Shown piece after piece: positions 10,716 through 21,168 of a DNA stretch of 64,000 nt (position 1 is its first letter; each line of letters begins with the position of its first letter). This DNA is from an uncultured Methanomicrobiales archaeon (GTDB lineage: Archaea > Halobacteriota > Methanomicrobia > Methanomicrobiales > Methanospirillaceae). A model generated the notes under the pieces. It saw nothing but the letters and a program-made list of their open reading frames with translations. It was not told the DNA's origin and did no database searches. The stretch spans positions 1,984,001 through 2,048,000 of the forward strand of contig OY969100.1 of assembly GCA_963697895.1 (NCBI GenBank), read 5' to 3'. The position numbers and the translations under genes were made by a program.

Positions 10716-11041
10716 TGGCAAAAAATATCGGTTTGAACGTCCAGCAGCCTGAAGAGGCATGCAATGACGTTAATTGTCCGTTTCACGGCACTTTACCGGT
10801 GCGCGGCCAGGTGATCACCGGCAAAGTCGTGAGCGATCACATGATGGAAACGGTCGTTGTCGAGCGTGACTATCTCCACTTTGTAAGTAAGTACAACCGG
10901 TACGAGAAGCGGAGTTCCCGGTTCCATGCCCATAGTCCTCCGTGTCTGCACGCGAAGACCGGGGATATGGTGAAAATTGCTGAATGCAGGCCGCTTTCAA
11001 AAACGGCAACCTTTGTCGTGGTGGAGGTGGCCCGGTCATGA
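10715..11041 (+). CDS. rps17: 30S ribosomal protein S17
   Basis: [26 protein letters not shown]. Confidence 0.97.
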   Translation: MAKNIGLNVQQPEEACNDVNCPFHGTLPVRGQVITGKVVSDHMMETVVVERDYLHFVSKYNRYEKRSSRFHAHSPPCLHAKTGDMVKIAECRPLSKTATFVVVEVARS

Positions 11042-11436
11042 AGGCAAAACAGTCAAAAACCCCCCGGGCACTTGCAACGGGAACGCGGCTAATCTGCGCC
11101 GATAACACCGGCGCACGAGAGGTCCAGATCGTTTCTGTCTTTGGATATCATGGAGTAAGGCGCCGGCAGCCGAAGATGGGACTAGGAGATCTCGCCACCG
11201 TGAGCGTAAAGAAAGGAACCCCGGATATGCGGCGTAAGCTGGTCCGGGCTGTTGTCATCCGGCAGAGAAAGGAAATCCGGAGACCGAACGGGCTCCGGGT
11301 GTCGTTTGATGACAATGCGGTCGTGGTCGTTGATGAAAAGAATGAACCCAGGGGAACAGAGATTAAGGGACCTGTTGCCCGTGAAGTGGCAGAACGGTTC
11401 CCGAAACTCGGGACCATGGCCACAATCATTGTATGA
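11038..11436 (+). CDS. rpl14: 50S ribosomal protein L14
   Basis: [25 protein letters not shown]. Confidence 0.97.
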   Translation: MKAKQSKTPRALATGTRLICADNTGAREVQIVSVFGYHGVRRRQPKMGLGDLATVSVKKGTPDMRRKLVRAVVIRQRKEIRRPNGLRVSFDDNAVVVVDEKNEPRGTEIKGPVAREVAERFPKLGTMATIIV

Positions 11437-11445
11437 GGGGAGTAC

Positions 11446-11811
11446 ATGGTACGAATTGTCAGCAAACAACCAAGGAAACAGCGAAAAGCACGTTATAATG
11501 CACCCGCTCACCTCAGGAGCAGGTTCCTCTCTGCACCCCTCTCGACCGTGCTCAGAGATCAGTACAAGAAACGGAGTCTGCGGGTTGTGAAGGGAGATAC
11601 CGTAAAGATCCTCCGTGGTGAATCGGTCGGAACAGAGGGGATGGTTGATCTGGTCGATACGAACAAATCCCGAATTGTTGTTCAGGGGGTCTCCATACCG
11701 AAATCAGATGGTACCGAGATGCCAAGGCCGGTGCATCCCTCAAATGTCGAGATCACCAAGCTAAACCTGAAAGACAAGCGTCGGATGGAAAAACTCGGGG
11801 AAGGTGTCTAG
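11446..11811 (+). CDS. rpl24: 50S ribosomal protein L24
   Basis: SKQPRKQRK, KGDTVKILRG KOW motif, VHPSNV. Confidence 0.96.
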   Translation: MVRIVSKQPRKQRKARYNAPAHLRSRFLSAPLSTVLRDQYKKRSLRVVKGDTVKILRGESVGTEGMVDLVDTNKSRIVVQGVSIPKSDGTEMPRPVHPSNVEITKLNLKDKRRMEKLGEGV

Positions 11812-12537
11812 ATGGGCGATCATCTGAAGCGTCTGAATGCCCCTGATTCGTGGCACATCTCGAAGAAGACGAATGTCTTCATCACGAAAACAGCCCCGGG
11901 ACCGCATAATGCCAATGCTATGCCGCTGGTGGTGTGGCTTCGCGATCACATGGGGATCGCGAGGAACCTGAAGGAAGCCAAACAGATCCTTTCGCGGAAG
12001 GACGTCATCATTAACGGCCGTCCGTGCCGGGATCCGAAGATCGGGATTGGTATATTTGACATCATATCCCTCCCACGGGCCGGGAAACACTATCGTATCC
12101 TCCGGGATAAGAAAGGTCGCCATCGGACAATCGAAATAAACGACGAAGCGGCCCATACCCGATTGGCAAAAATACGGAACAAAACGATCATATCCGGTGG
12201 CCGTGTGCAGCTAAACCTACGGTTTGGAGGTAATATCATTGCCGATAACCAATATAAGCCACAGGATTCCGTGGTCCTTTCTCTTGTGCCTGAAGAACGT
12301 TTCAGAATTGTCGATCACTTTCCATTTGCCGTCGGGAATATGGCAATGGTGATCGGCGGTAAGCACTCGGGAAAGGTTGCCCGGATTGTTACAATTGAGA
12401 AAGTTCCCGGGAGCGTACCGAATCGTGTCATCCTGGAAGACGATATCTCCAAAACGCGCTTCGATACGATTGATTCCTACATCTACATGGTGGGAAGAGA
12501 GACTCCGGCACTCACTGAATGGGGGATTGAAGAATGA
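11812..12537 (+). CDS. rps4e: 30S ribosomal protein S4e
   Basis: HLKRLNAP, PGPH, GGKHSG. Confidence 0.96.
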   Translation: MGDHLKRLNAPDSWHISKKTNVFITKTAPGPHNANAMPLVVWLRDHMGIARNLKEAKQILSRKDVIINGRPCRDPKIGIGIFDIISLPRAGKHYRILRDKKGRHRTIEINDEAAHTRLAKIRNKTIISGGRVQLNLRFGGNIIADNQYKPQDSVVLSLVPEERFRIVDHFPFAVGNMAMVIGGKHSGKVARIVTIEKVPGSVPNRVILEDDISKTRFDTIDSYIYMVGRETPALTEWGIEE

Positions 12538-13040
12538 ACCCTATGCATGAGCTCCATATCGATAAGGTGGTTGTTCACATGGGAGTCGGTGAGAGCGGGG
12601 ATAAACTCTCCAAGGCTATTGAGATCATGAAGACGATCACCGGGCAGACCCCCGTAAAGAGCATCGCAAAGAAGACCCAGCCGGCCTTCGGAATCCGAAA
12701 GGGTGCGCCTATCGGCTGCAGGGTCACACTTCGCGGCGCAGCAGCCCGGAATTTTCTTGCTACATCTCTCGACATTATAGAGCGGAGGCTTTTTGTTACA
12801 CAGTTTGATAATAAAGGGAACTTTTCGTTCGGCATCGAGGAGCATACTGATTTTCCCGGTATGTCATATGATCCGCAGATCGGAATATACGGCATGGATG
12901 TCAATGTGGTTCTCGCCAGGAAGGGCGTGCGAATTGCCCGACGTCGCGCCGAACAGAAGAAACTTCCGATGAAACAGCAGGTCAACCGCGAAGATGCGAT
13001 GAAATTTCTGCAGTCATCGTACCAGGCAGAGGTGCGATAA
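12534..13040 (+). CDS. rpl5: 50S ribosomal protein L5
   Basis: [33 protein letters not shown]. Confidence 0.97.
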   Translation: MNPMHELHIDKVVVHMGVGESGDKLSKAIEIMKTITGQTPVKSIAKKTQPAFGIRKGAPIGCRVTLRGAAARNFLATSLDIIERRLFVTQFDNKGNFSFGIEEHTDFPGMSYDPQIGIYGMDVNVVLARKGVRIARRRAEQKKLPMKQQVNREDAMKFLQSSYQAEVR

Positions 13041-13195
13041 TGGGTGGAGAACGGACGAAAAAATTTGGTCGCGGTGCAAATGAATGTAAGATGTGCGGCC
13101 GGAAACAGGGCCTTGTTCGCAGGTATCATATCATGTTCTGCAGGCAGTGTTTCCGCGAATGGGCCCAGAAAATGGGTTTTAAAAAGATGAACTGA
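13040..13195 (+). CDS. rps14: 30S ribosomal protein S14 (zinc type); absent from the supplied ORF track because <60 aa
   Basis: Hand translation [51 protein letters not shown]. Confidence 0.95.
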   Translation: MGGERTKKFGRGANECKMCGRKQGLVRRYHIMFCRQCFREWAQKMGFKKMN

Positions 13196-13206
13196 GGGGT
13201 GCTGAC

Positions 13207-13599
13207 ATGTCTAGACTCAATACTATCGCAGACGGAATGAGCGCACTCAAGAACGCAGCGGATTGCGGCAAATCGGAATGTGTCATCGAACCAGCGAGCA
13301 AATTGCTTGGTGCAATGTTCCGTACGATGCAGGAGGCCGGATATCTTGGTGGATTTGAATTCATCGACGATGGCCGTGGTGGTCAGTTCCGGGTGCATCT
13401 GAATGGCAGAATAAACAAATGTGGCTCGATATCTCCTCGTTATTCCGTACCTCTCAGTGAACTCGAATACTGGGAGATGCAGTTCCTTCCTGGTAAAAAC
13501 TTTGGACTCCTGATACTTTCCACCTCACGGGGTGTCATGTCCCATGACCAGGCCCGGAAAGAGGGTATCGGTGGAGAGCTGCTCGGTTATGCGTACTAA
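13207..13599 (+). CDS. rps8: 30S ribosomal protein S8
   Basis: [24 protein letters not shown]. Confidence 0.97.
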   Translation: MSRLNTIADGMSALKNAADCGKSECVIEPASKLLGAMFRTMQEAGYLGGFEFIDDGRGGQFRVHLNGRINKCGSISPRYSVPLSELEYWEMQFLPGKNFGLLILSTSRGVMSHDQARKEGIGGELLGYAY

Positions 13600-13610
13600 G
13601 GGTGAAGGAA

Positions 13611-14135
13611 ATGACAAACGTTATTAATCTCCCGATTCCCGAGGGCGTGAACGTAACCGTGCAGGGCACGGTATTGCATGTATCAGGGCCGAAAGGACAA
13701 CTAGAACGGGATATGCGATTCCCCCAGATAACTGTGAAAGTTGAAGGGAAGGAGGTCGTTATCGCAACCGGTTCTGAACGGAAACGGATCACCGCGATGG
13801 TCGGAACCTATGGTGCCCATACGAAGAACATGTTCACCGGGGTGACCGAGGGATTTGAATACCACATGAAGGTGGTATACAGTCACTTCCCCATACAGCT
13901 GAAGTTGCAGGGGAACCGGTTGGAGATAACAAATTTCCTCGGGGAGAAAAAATCACGATACGCGCGGGTTGAACAAGGGGTCAGTGCAAAAGTGGGAAAC
14001 GATGAGATCGTCCTCTCGGGAATCGATAAGGAAGCAGTGGGTACGAGTTCAGCGAACATCGAGCATGCGACCAGAATACGAAACCGTGACCCCCGCGTGT
14101 TTCAGGATGGGATATACCACGTACGGAGGTCATGA
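13611..14135 (+). CDS. rpl6: 50S ribosomal protein L6
   Basis: VSGPKG, VYSHFPI, NFLGEK, DPRVFQDGIY. Confidence 0.97.
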   Translation: MTNVINLPIPEGVNVTVQGTVLHVSGPKGQLERDMRFPQITVKVEGKEVVIATGSERKRITAMVGTYGAHTKNMFTGVTEGFEYHMKVVYSHFPIQLKLQGNRLEITNFLGEKKSRYARVEQGVSAKVGNDEIVLSGIDKEAVGTSSANIEHATRIRNRDPRVFQDGIYHVRRS

Positions 14136-14140
14136 TTCAG

Positions 14141-14560
14141 ATGGCTGGTGAAAAACAGAGGTTATTGCGTGCCCGTGTTGCGAAGCGTGCTTCGTTTAAA
14201 CGTGACGGAGAAGGGAAAAAGAAACAGCTCTCCGATGCATGGCGGCGTCCGCGAGGACTACATAACAAGCAACGCAGACAAAAAAAAGCAAAAGGCCCAC
14301 TTCCGACTCCTGGATTTGGAAGTCCGGTTGCGGTCCGAGGGATGCACCCGAGTGGATACTATGAGGTGCGTGTTTCCACCCCCGGAGAACTCAAAGCTCT
14401 TGACCCGGATATGCACGCGGTCAGAATTGCAGGTTCTGTAGGGAATCGTAAGCGTTTGCTGATACAGCAGGACGCCGTATCCAGTGGACTGAAGGTGTTG
14501 AATGCACGTAACATCGCCATAAGGCATGAGGGTGAAGAAGAGGTGGAGAGCGATGAGTAA
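14141..14560 (+). CDS. rpl32e: 50S ribosomal protein L32e
   Basis: WRRPRGLHNKQR, RGMHPSG, LKVLN. Confidence 0.96.
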   Translation: MAGEKQRLLRARVAKRASFKRDGEGKKKQLSDAWRRPRGLHNKQRRQKKAKGPLPTPGFGSPVAVRGMHPSGYYEVRVSTPGELKALDPDMHAVRIAGSVGNRKRLLIQQDAVSSGLKVLNARNIAIRHEGEEEVESDE

Positions 14561-15005
14561 TCTCTCTAATCAGAGACGAATGGGGGCTTCAATCCTTAAA
14601 TGTGGTGCCAATCGTATCTGGTTCGATCCCGAACGTCTTACGGATATCCAGAATGCCATCTCCCGGGATGACATCCGCGGACTCATCGAGGCGGGGGCGA
14701 TAACAGCCCACCAGATACAGGGAGTGAGCCGGGGACGAGCACGCCTGAAGATTGCCAAGCGCTCCTATGGCCATTGCAGAGGCCCGGGACGGAGAAGAGG
14801 CGCCGCAGGAGCCAGACACCCAAGCAAGCGCCAGTGGATAAAGCGAATCCGGGCGATCAGACGGGTTCTCGTAGAACTGCGCGGTAGCTCCGCGATTGAT
14901 CCACATATGTATCGGATCCTGTACCGTAAGGCGGCAGGCGGGCAATTTAGGAATATTGCGCATCTGAAGGCGCAACTGGAGATAATGACCGGGAGGATGA
15001 AGTGA
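14553..15005 (+). CDS. rpl19e: 50S ribosomal protein L19e
   Basis: [28 protein letters not shown]. Confidence 0.96.
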   Translation: MSNLSNQRRMGASILKCGANRIWFDPERLTDIQNAISRDDIRGLIEAGAITAHQIQGVSRGRARLKIAKRSYGHCRGPGRRRGAAGARHPSKRQWIKRIRAIRRVLVELRGSSAIDPHMYRILYRKAAGGQFRNIAHLKAQLEIMTGRMK

Positions 15006-15006
15006 T

Positions 15007-15534
15007 ATGGCAACAGGAGCACGATTTTTTGTCCCCTTCAGAAGGAGAAGGGATGGCAAAACAGACTACTACAAACGTTCCAAAATGGTTGTTGCGGATC
15101 GGCCCCGGATGGTCGTCCGGAAGACGAACCGGCATATCATTGTCCAGCTGGTCACCGCCGAGCTCATTGGTGACCGGACTCTCGCTGCAGCAAACTCGGG
15201 AGAGCTCGTGAAATATGGGTATACAGGCTCGGCCTCGAGTACTCCCGCTGCGTTTCTTACTGGGATGCTGCTTGGGGTAAGGGCACTGAACGCAGGCAGT
15301 GAGAGAGCAATACTGGATATCGGACTGAATCGCGCGACACCTGGTGCACGGGTTTTTGCCTCGTTGAAAGGTGCGGTCGCGGCAGGTCTGGACATCCCCC
15401 ATGGCGAGGAGGTTCTGCCGGATGATGGCCGGGTGCGCGGATTACATATAGTATCATATGAACCGGACCGTGCATCCGGGCTGGCAACGAACGTAGAACA
15501 GACGATGGATGCTATCATGAAGGAGCTTGAGTAA
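15007..15534 (+). CDS. rpl18: 50S ribosomal protein L18
   Basis: [26 protein letters not shown]. Confidence 0.96.
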   Translation: MATGARFFVPFRRRRDGKTDYYKRSKMVVADRPRMVVRKTNRHIIVQLVTAELIGDRTLAAANSGELVKYGYTGSASSTPAAFLTGMLLGVRALNAGSERAILDIGLNRATPGARVFASLKGAVAAGLDIPHGEEVLPDDGRVRGLHIVSYEPDRASGLATNVEQTMDAIMKELE

Positions 15535-15535
15535 C

Positions 15536-16153
15536 ATGGCATATGAAAAAGAGCAGTGGGTCCCCCTCACCGGACTTGGCAAAGCAGTCGCCGCCGGAGA
15601 GGTGACCAATATTGACCAGGTACTCGAGAGCGGAAGGCCAATAAAAGAGCCCGAGATCGTGGACGCATTCCTGCCAGACCTGGAGGACGAAGTGCTGGAT
15701 ATCCAGATGGTGCAGCGTATGACAGATTCCGGACGCCGTGTGAAGTTCCGTGCGGTTGTTGTGGTTGGAAATCGTAACGGCTATATCGGGTTCGGCCAGG
15801 GAAAGGATGTACAGGTCGGCGATGCGATTAAAAAGGCGATTGTGGATGCAAAGACCAACCTCATCAAAGTCAAAAGAGGATGTGGCAGTTGGGAATGCGG
15901 ATGTAATCTCACACATTCGATTCCTATGCAGGTCGAAGGGGCTGCGGGAAGTGTGCGTGTCACCCTGAAACCGGCCCCGCAGGGAATCGGGCTTGTCACA
16001 GGAGAGATCAGCCGGAAGGTACTGGAACTTGCCGGGATCAGGGATGCCTGGACATTTTCACGTGGCCAGACACGGACAACGATTAATTTTGCAAAAGCGA
16101 CCTTCAATGCGTTGAAAGCAACAAACATGATCAGGATGGGGGGAGCGCAGTGA
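15536..16153 (+). CDS. rps5: 30S ribosomal protein S5
   Basis: [29 protein letters not shown]. Confidence 0.97.
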   Translation: MAYEKEQWVPLTGLGKAVAAGEVTNIDQVLESGRPIKEPEIVDAFLPDLEDEVLDIQMVQRMTDSGRRVKFRAVVVVGNRNGYIGFGQGKDVQVGDAIKKAIVDAKTNLIKVKRGCGSWECGCNLTHSIPMQVEGAAGSVRVTLKPAPQGIGLVTGEISRKVLELAGIRDAWTFSRGQTRTTINFAKATFNALKATNMIRMGGAQ

Positions 16154-16614
16154 TGTTTGCGATTGTCCAGGTCCGCGGAGTGGTAAATACCCGCCGCGAT
16201 ATCAAGGATACCCTGAAAATGCTTCGCCTGCACCATATCAATCACTGTGTGCTTGTTCCCGATACGCCCGAGTATCTGGGCATGATCAGGAAAGTAAAGG
16301 ACTTTGTGGCCTATGGTGAAGCAGATGCCGAAACCATTGAAACGATCCTGCGAACCAGAGGACGGGTTGTGGGAGATTATCCCCTTACTGACGAATATGT
16401 TCGCTCTCATTCGTCTTATCAGAGCATTGGGGAGTTTGCGAATGCACTTGCGTCAGGTGAACAGCGGCTCATCGATATGCCCGGATTAAAACCGGTTCTT
16501 CGCTTGCACCCACCTCGGAAGGGATATAAGACTATCAAGAGAACATTTCCACAAGGTGGCGCCCTCGGCTACTATGGAGAAGAGATTAATGCGCTCCTGC
16601 ATAAGATGAGGTGA
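16153..16614 (+). CDS. rpl30: 50S ribosomal protein L30
   Basis: TLKMLRLHHINHC, RLHPPRKG. Confidence 0.96.
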   Translation: MFAIVQVRGVVNTRRDIKDTLKMLRLHHINHCVLVPDTPEYLGMIRKVKDFVAYGEADAETIETILRTRGRVVGDYPLTDEYVRSHSSYQSIGEFANALASGEQRLIDMPGLKPVLRLHPPRKGYKTIKRTFPQGGALGYYGEEINALLHKMR

Positions 16615-16619
16615 AGGCA

Positions 16620-17045
16620 ATGCCAGTCAACAAACGTTCAAAATTCCGCGGGTCAAGAACCTGTGGGGGCGGCACCCATAAAAATCGTCGCGGGGCGGGA
16701 AATAGAGGTGGCAGAGGTAGGGCGGGTCACCGGGATCATCGGTTCACCCACTTCCTCCTTTCAGGTGAAATCCATAACGGGAAACACGGGTTCTTCAACC
16801 AGGCCGCGGTCCCCGTCAGTGCCTTATCAATCGGCGCCCTTGATCAGATGCTACCGGCACTGCTCGCAGAGGGTATAGTGATGCAGGAAGGGGATGCGTT
16901 CGTGATTCATGCCCCGGGTATGGGTATCGATAAGGTACTGGGAGCTGGGAAGGTTACAAAAAAGATGTATATCTCTGCAAAGGCCTTCTCAGAACAGGCA
17001 AAGCTGAAGATCGAAGCCATGGGTGGTAAGGCACAGGTCATCTGA
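16620..17045 (+). CDS. rpl15: 50S ribosomal protein L15
   Basis: RGSRTCGGG..RGAGNRGGRGRAG, KVLGAG. Confidence 0.96.
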   Translation: MPVNKRSKFRGSRTCGGGTHKNRRGAGNRGGRGRAGHRDHRFTHFLLSGEIHNGKHGFFNQAAVPVSALSIGALDQMLPALLAEGIVMQEGDAFVIHAPGMGIDKVLGAGKVTKKMYISAKAFSEQAKLKIEAMGGKAQVI

Positions 17046-17068
17046 CCTGATAATTCCCGGGTGAGGAA

Positions 17069-18502
17069 ATGGGAAGCCTGCTCGATCGGATGGAACCCCT
17101 CCTGGCAGCAATGCCTGCAGTCAGGAGCCCGGAGGGACACATCCATTTTAAGAATAAGCTGCTTTGGACAGCCGGCATATTAATCCTGTATTTTGTACTG
17201 ACCAATATTCCTCTGTGGGGTCTCGCCCCGACCTCACAGGATATGTTTCTCTATTACCGTGCCCTCGTTGCAGGAGCGAGCGGATCATTGATCCAGCTCG
17301 GTATCGGCCCGATCGTAACCGCATCCATCGTTTTGCAGCTCCTGAAAGGTGCCGATATACTTCATATCGATACGACGGAGGCACGCGGCCAGGTCATGTA
17401 CATGGGACTTCAAAAGCTCCTCATCTTCGCGATGATCATCATCGAAGCTCTTCCGAACCTGATTGGCGGGTTTCTGCAACCTGATCCGGCTATTGCGGCG
17501 GAGTTCTTCGGTGGGAACCTCTTTGCGGTCACGCTCATCATTTTCATCCAGATTGTTATCGGCGGGATCCTCATCATGTTCATGGATGAGGTGGTCACCA
17601 AATGGGGTATTGGATCCGGGGTCGGTCTCTTCATCATTGCAGGTATATCCGAAGCGATCGTCAACGGGTTCATTAACTGGACCCCGGTAAGCGATCCCTA
17701 CCCGGTCGGGTTCATCCCCCGCCTCTTTGCGGTGCTAATAGACGGAGCGAATTTCATCCAGTATTTCGGGTTGAATCTTCTTGCGTTCGTATCAACCGTA
17801 ACGATATTCCTGATCATCGTGTATGTGGAATCGACTAGGATCGAAATACCCCTGGCACATGCCCAGGTGCGGGGAGCGAGGGCCCGGTTTCCGGTAAAAT
17901 TGATCTATGCAAGTGTCCTTCCGATGATCCTGGTACGGGTGCTGCAGGCAAATATCCAGATGATCGGGTTGTTCCTTTATAATATTGGAATCACCATATT
18001 AGGCACATTCGACGGGGCAACCGCGGTTAGCGGGCTGATGTACTATCTTTCCCCGATTTATGGGCCGCAACAATGGATGTGGTGGGTGTTTGATGTCGGT
18101 CATCCCGCATGGCAGGTCCTCATCCGTCTGGGTATCGATACGGCTTTCATGGTCATCGGAGGTGCGGTCTTCGCGCTCTTCTGGATTAAAACAGCCGGAC
18201 TCGATTCGAAGGATGTGGCTCGACAGATACAACTCTCCGGTATGTCCATTCCGGGATACCGGAGAAATCCACAGGTGCTTGAAAAGTATCTCGACCGGTA
18301 CATCCCCCGCGTAACGGTAATCGGCGGTATCTTCATCGGGGTGCTTTCAGTGGCCGCTAATCTTTTCGGGGTGATCGGAGCCGTGAGTGGTACCGGTCTC
18401 CTCCTGACGGTAAGTATCACCTATCGTCTCTACGAGGAGATCGCAAGCCAGCAGATCATGGAGATGTACCCATTCATGCGGACATTCTTCGGAAAAGAAT
18501 AA
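17069..18502 (+). CDS. secY: Preprotein translocase subunit SecY
   Basis: LGIGPIVTASIVLQLL, WGIGSGVGLFI, IPGYRR, SGTGLLLTV. Confidence 0.97.
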   Translation: MGSLLDRMEPLLAAMPAVRSPEGHIHFKNKLLWTAGILILYFVLTNIPLWGLAPTSQDMFLYYRALVAGASGSLIQLGIGPIVTASIVLQLLKGADILHIDTTEARGQVMYMGLQKLLIFAMIIIEALPNLIGGFLQPDPAIAAEFFGGNLFAVTLIIFIQIVIGGILIMFMDEVVTKWGIGSGVGLFIIAGISEAIVNGFINWTPVSDPYPVGFIPRLFAVLIDGANFIQYFGLNLLAFVSTVTIFLIIVYVESTRIEIPLAHAQVRGARARFPVKLIYASVLPMILVRVLQANIQMIGLFLYNIGITILGTFDGATAVSGLMYYLSPIYGPQQWMWWVFDVGHPAWQVLIRLGIDTAFMVIGGAVFALFWIKTAGLDSKDVARQIQLSGMSIPGYRRNPQVLEKYLDRYIPRVTVIGGIFIGVLSVAANLFGVIGAVSGTGLLLTVSITYRLYEEIASQQIMEMYPFMRTFFGKE

Positions 18503-18845
18503 TCTATTTTTCAAAATTTTCAGGTTTGTCGGAAGAAAAATCCGATCAGATAGGCGGATCATAAAAAACGACGGACTTTTTTGCATTATAAATGGGGTCG
18601 GTAACTTCAAAGGAAAGGAGCGGCACTTCCCAAACTTTTAAATCGAATAATAATTTGGCTGAAATAATCAACACGTAAGAACCGCCTGTTTTCGATGACA
18701 TTTTACCGATGGAAGAAATAAAAGGGAAAATCCACACGATTAACCGATCTTTTTATGGGATATGCAGACAGATTTTCTATACCGATTTCACCGCGCCAAT
18801 CGTGAATCCGGAACCCATTTTATATATACGATCGGAGGAGGAAAG

Positions 18846-19418
18846 ATGACAGGAAGGAGGGTGATCATTACCGGAGTGCCGGGTGTAGGAAAAACTACGG
18901 TGGTGAACGGTGCGCTTGCACGACTCAAAGATGAGGGAATCTTATATGAATCCCTCAATTTTGGCACATTCATGTATGATGTTGCACGGCAGGAGGGCAT
19001 GGTGCAGAATCGGGACGAGATGCGACGACTCGATCGGGAACAGCAGAAACGTCTCCAGCAACTGGCAGCACATGGAATGGCAATGGTGCCGGGAAATGTG
19101 ATCATCGACACTCACGCATCGGTAAAGACACCAAATGGATACCTTCCCGGACTTCCGGAATGGGTCCTCCGTGAACTGTTGCCTGATACCATTATCCTCG
19201 TGGAGACCGATGAAGACCAGATCCTGATGAGGAGGCTCGCAGACGAGACCCGCACGCGTGATATGGAAGGTAGCAGGTCGATCTCACTCCATCAACAATT
19301 TAACCGGTCAATAGCTGCATCATATGCAATGGTGACCGGATGCACAGTAAAGACGGTTGTCAATGCCGACCATCTCCTTGAACAGGCGATTGATGATATG
19401 GCAGCCACACTCAGGTGA
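18846..19418 (+). CDS. adk: Adenylate kinase, archaeal type
   Basis: GVPGVGKTT, RDEMRRL, IIDTH, GYLPGLP; GGAGG SD and TTTATATA box upstream. Confidence 0.95.
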   Translation: MTGRRVIITGVPGVGKTTVVNGALARLKDEGILYESLNFGTFMYDVARQEGMVQNRDEMRRLDREQQKRLQQLAAHGMAMVPGNVIIDTHASVKTPNGYLPGLPEWVLRELLPDTIILVETDEDQILMRRLADETRTRDMEGSRSISLHQQFNRSIAASYAMVTGCTVKTVVNADHLLEQAIDDMAATLR

Positions 19419-19424
19419 CATGCA

Positions 19425-20021
19425 ATGGATATGAAGAAATACGGGGGATATATCGCCCTTCTGGTTGCGCTTCTTATGATGCTCGCGTACAGTGTGCCGG
19501 CGATTCGGAATGGTGTTGGAAGTGTGATAGACCTGATATTCGGGCCGCTTGTTGATCTTTTCGGGATCCCGTTTTATGTGCTAATAATCATTCTGGCAAC
19601 CCTCACTGCTCTGTATTCCTCCCTCATCCAGAAGTATACCATCGATTATGAGCATATGCAGGATGTACAGGCGCGCATGAAGGATTTCCAGAAGGAATAC
19701 CGTGAGGCACAGCTTTCACAGGATGAAAAAAAGATCAAAAAGCTCGACACAAAAAAAGATCGACTGATGAAGGAACAACTGGAGATGTCCCAGCAGCAGT
19801 TCAAACCGATGGCATATATTCTCGTTATTACGGTTCCGATCTTCTTCTGGCTTCTTTACCGGCTTAATGGCATCAATACTACGATAACAATGCCGTTTTT
19901 TGGACAGCTCGCCCTTACGGAGGCAATCTGGATTTTGCCTTCATGGATTCTCTGGTATATGCTCTGTTCGCTCACCATCAGCCAGGTGGCGAGAAAGTCC
20001 CTTAATATCGGGGGCATCTGA
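19425..20021 (+). CDS. DUF106 / EMC3-TMCO1 (Oxa1 superfamily) membrane protein
   Basis: TM-coiled coil-TM architecture, FKPM, WILWYMLCS; canonical adk-DUF106-cmk position. Confidence 0.9.
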   Translation: MDMKKYGGYIALLVALLMMLAYSVPAIRNGVGSVIDLIFGPLVDLFGIPFYVLIIILATLTALYSSLIQKYTIDYEHMQDVQARMKDFQKEYREAQLSQDEKKIKKLDTKKDRLMKEQLEMSQQQFKPMAYILVITVPIFFWLLYRLNGINTTITMPFFGQLALTEAIWILPSWILWYMLCSLTISQVARKSLNIGGI

Positions 20022-20557
20022 TGAGGATTACGGTGAGCGGTCTCCCGGGTTCCGGGACGACTTCACTCGCCCGGTATCTTGCCTCAAAAAAGGGATTTTC
20101 GTTTATTTCTGCTGGTGAGGTATTCCGGCAGATGGCAGAGCAAAGAGGCATGAACCTTTCAGAATTTGGTATGCTTGCCGAACGGGAGCCGGAAATAGAT
20201 AAGTTGATCGATTGCCGGCAGAAAGAGATTGCGTACTCATTGGATAACATCATCGTCGAGGGAAGACTTTCCGGGTGGATGATCGACGAAGCGGACCTGA
20301 AATGCTGGCTTTCTGCGTCATTGGAACGCAGGTCGTGTCGAATTCAGACCCGCGATCAGATTAAGGACATAGAAACCGCTGCACTGCTGACCGAAGAGCG
20401 TGAACGGTGTGAATCCCTCCGGTACCAGGAATACTATGGGATCGATATAAGCGATCTCTCTCCTTATCATATCATTCTGAACTCTGAGCGATGGGGCATT
20501 GAGGGTCTTGGGGAGATAATGGACACTGCAATTGCTTCGATCGAACAGAATCCATAA
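20021..20557 (+). CDS. cmk: Cytidylate kinase
   Basis: ITVSGLPGSGTTS, SAGEVFRQMA, EGRLSGW. Confidence 0.93.
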   Translation: MRITVSGLPGSGTTSLARYLASKKGFSFISAGEVFRQMAEQRGMNLSEFGMLAEREPEIDKLIDCRQKEIAYSLDNIIVEGRLSGWMIDEADLKCWLSASLERRSCRIQTRDQIKDIETAALLTEERERCESLRYQEYYGIDISDLSPYHIILNSERWGIEGLGEIMDTAIASIEQNP

Positions 20558-20718
20558 TATAAGAATGCTACCCGGATTTTTAGCATGAGTTTCAGTATTT
20601 CCGGAATTCCGATACAAACCAGCAAATTAACCATTCTTACTAGTGATCCTGGATATGGAAGCAGTGACTTGATCTGGGAGCACAATGTTAAGGCTTTCAT
20701 GAGTACATCCTGTTCCGT

Positions 20719-21168
20719 ATGGATGAGCATGAGATCGCGGTCAGGATCGTTTCTAACTGGAACACTGAATCAGTTGCAGCTCTCTACCGGGCAGGTGGCT
20801 GGTGGAAGGAAGAATGGAACCACGAAGAGTTGACCGATCTCATGCGATTCAGTTATGCTTTCGTCATAGCATACCGGATCGCATCCGGCACCGCAGTAGG
20901 AATGGGAAGAGCGATTTCAGACGGTGTTTCGGATGCATATATTCAGGATCTCGTTGTATTGCCGGAATGGCGTGGAAAAGGGGTCGGAAAGAGGATACTC
21001 TCAACATTGATCGAATATTGTCGAAGCCGGGATATAGAATGGATTGGTCTTATTGCAGAACAGGGCACAGAGGGATTTTATACATCGATGGGGTTCTCTC
21101 TGCTCGAAGGCTGCGTACCTATGAAATATCGGAGGGAGATCGCGCATGCTGGCATTGAAAGACTTTAG
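20719..21168 (+). CDS. GNAT N-acetyltransferase
   Basis: VGMGRAISDG..AYIQDLVVLPEWRGKGVG, FYTSMGF. Confidence 0.9.
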   Translation: MDEHEIAVRIVSNWNTESVAALYRAGGWWKEEWNHEELTDLMRFSYAFVIAYRIASGTAVGMGRAISDGVSDAYIQDLVVLPEWRGKGVGKRILSTLIEYCRSRDIEWIGLIAEQGTEGFYTSMGFSLLEGCVPMKYRREIAHAGIERL

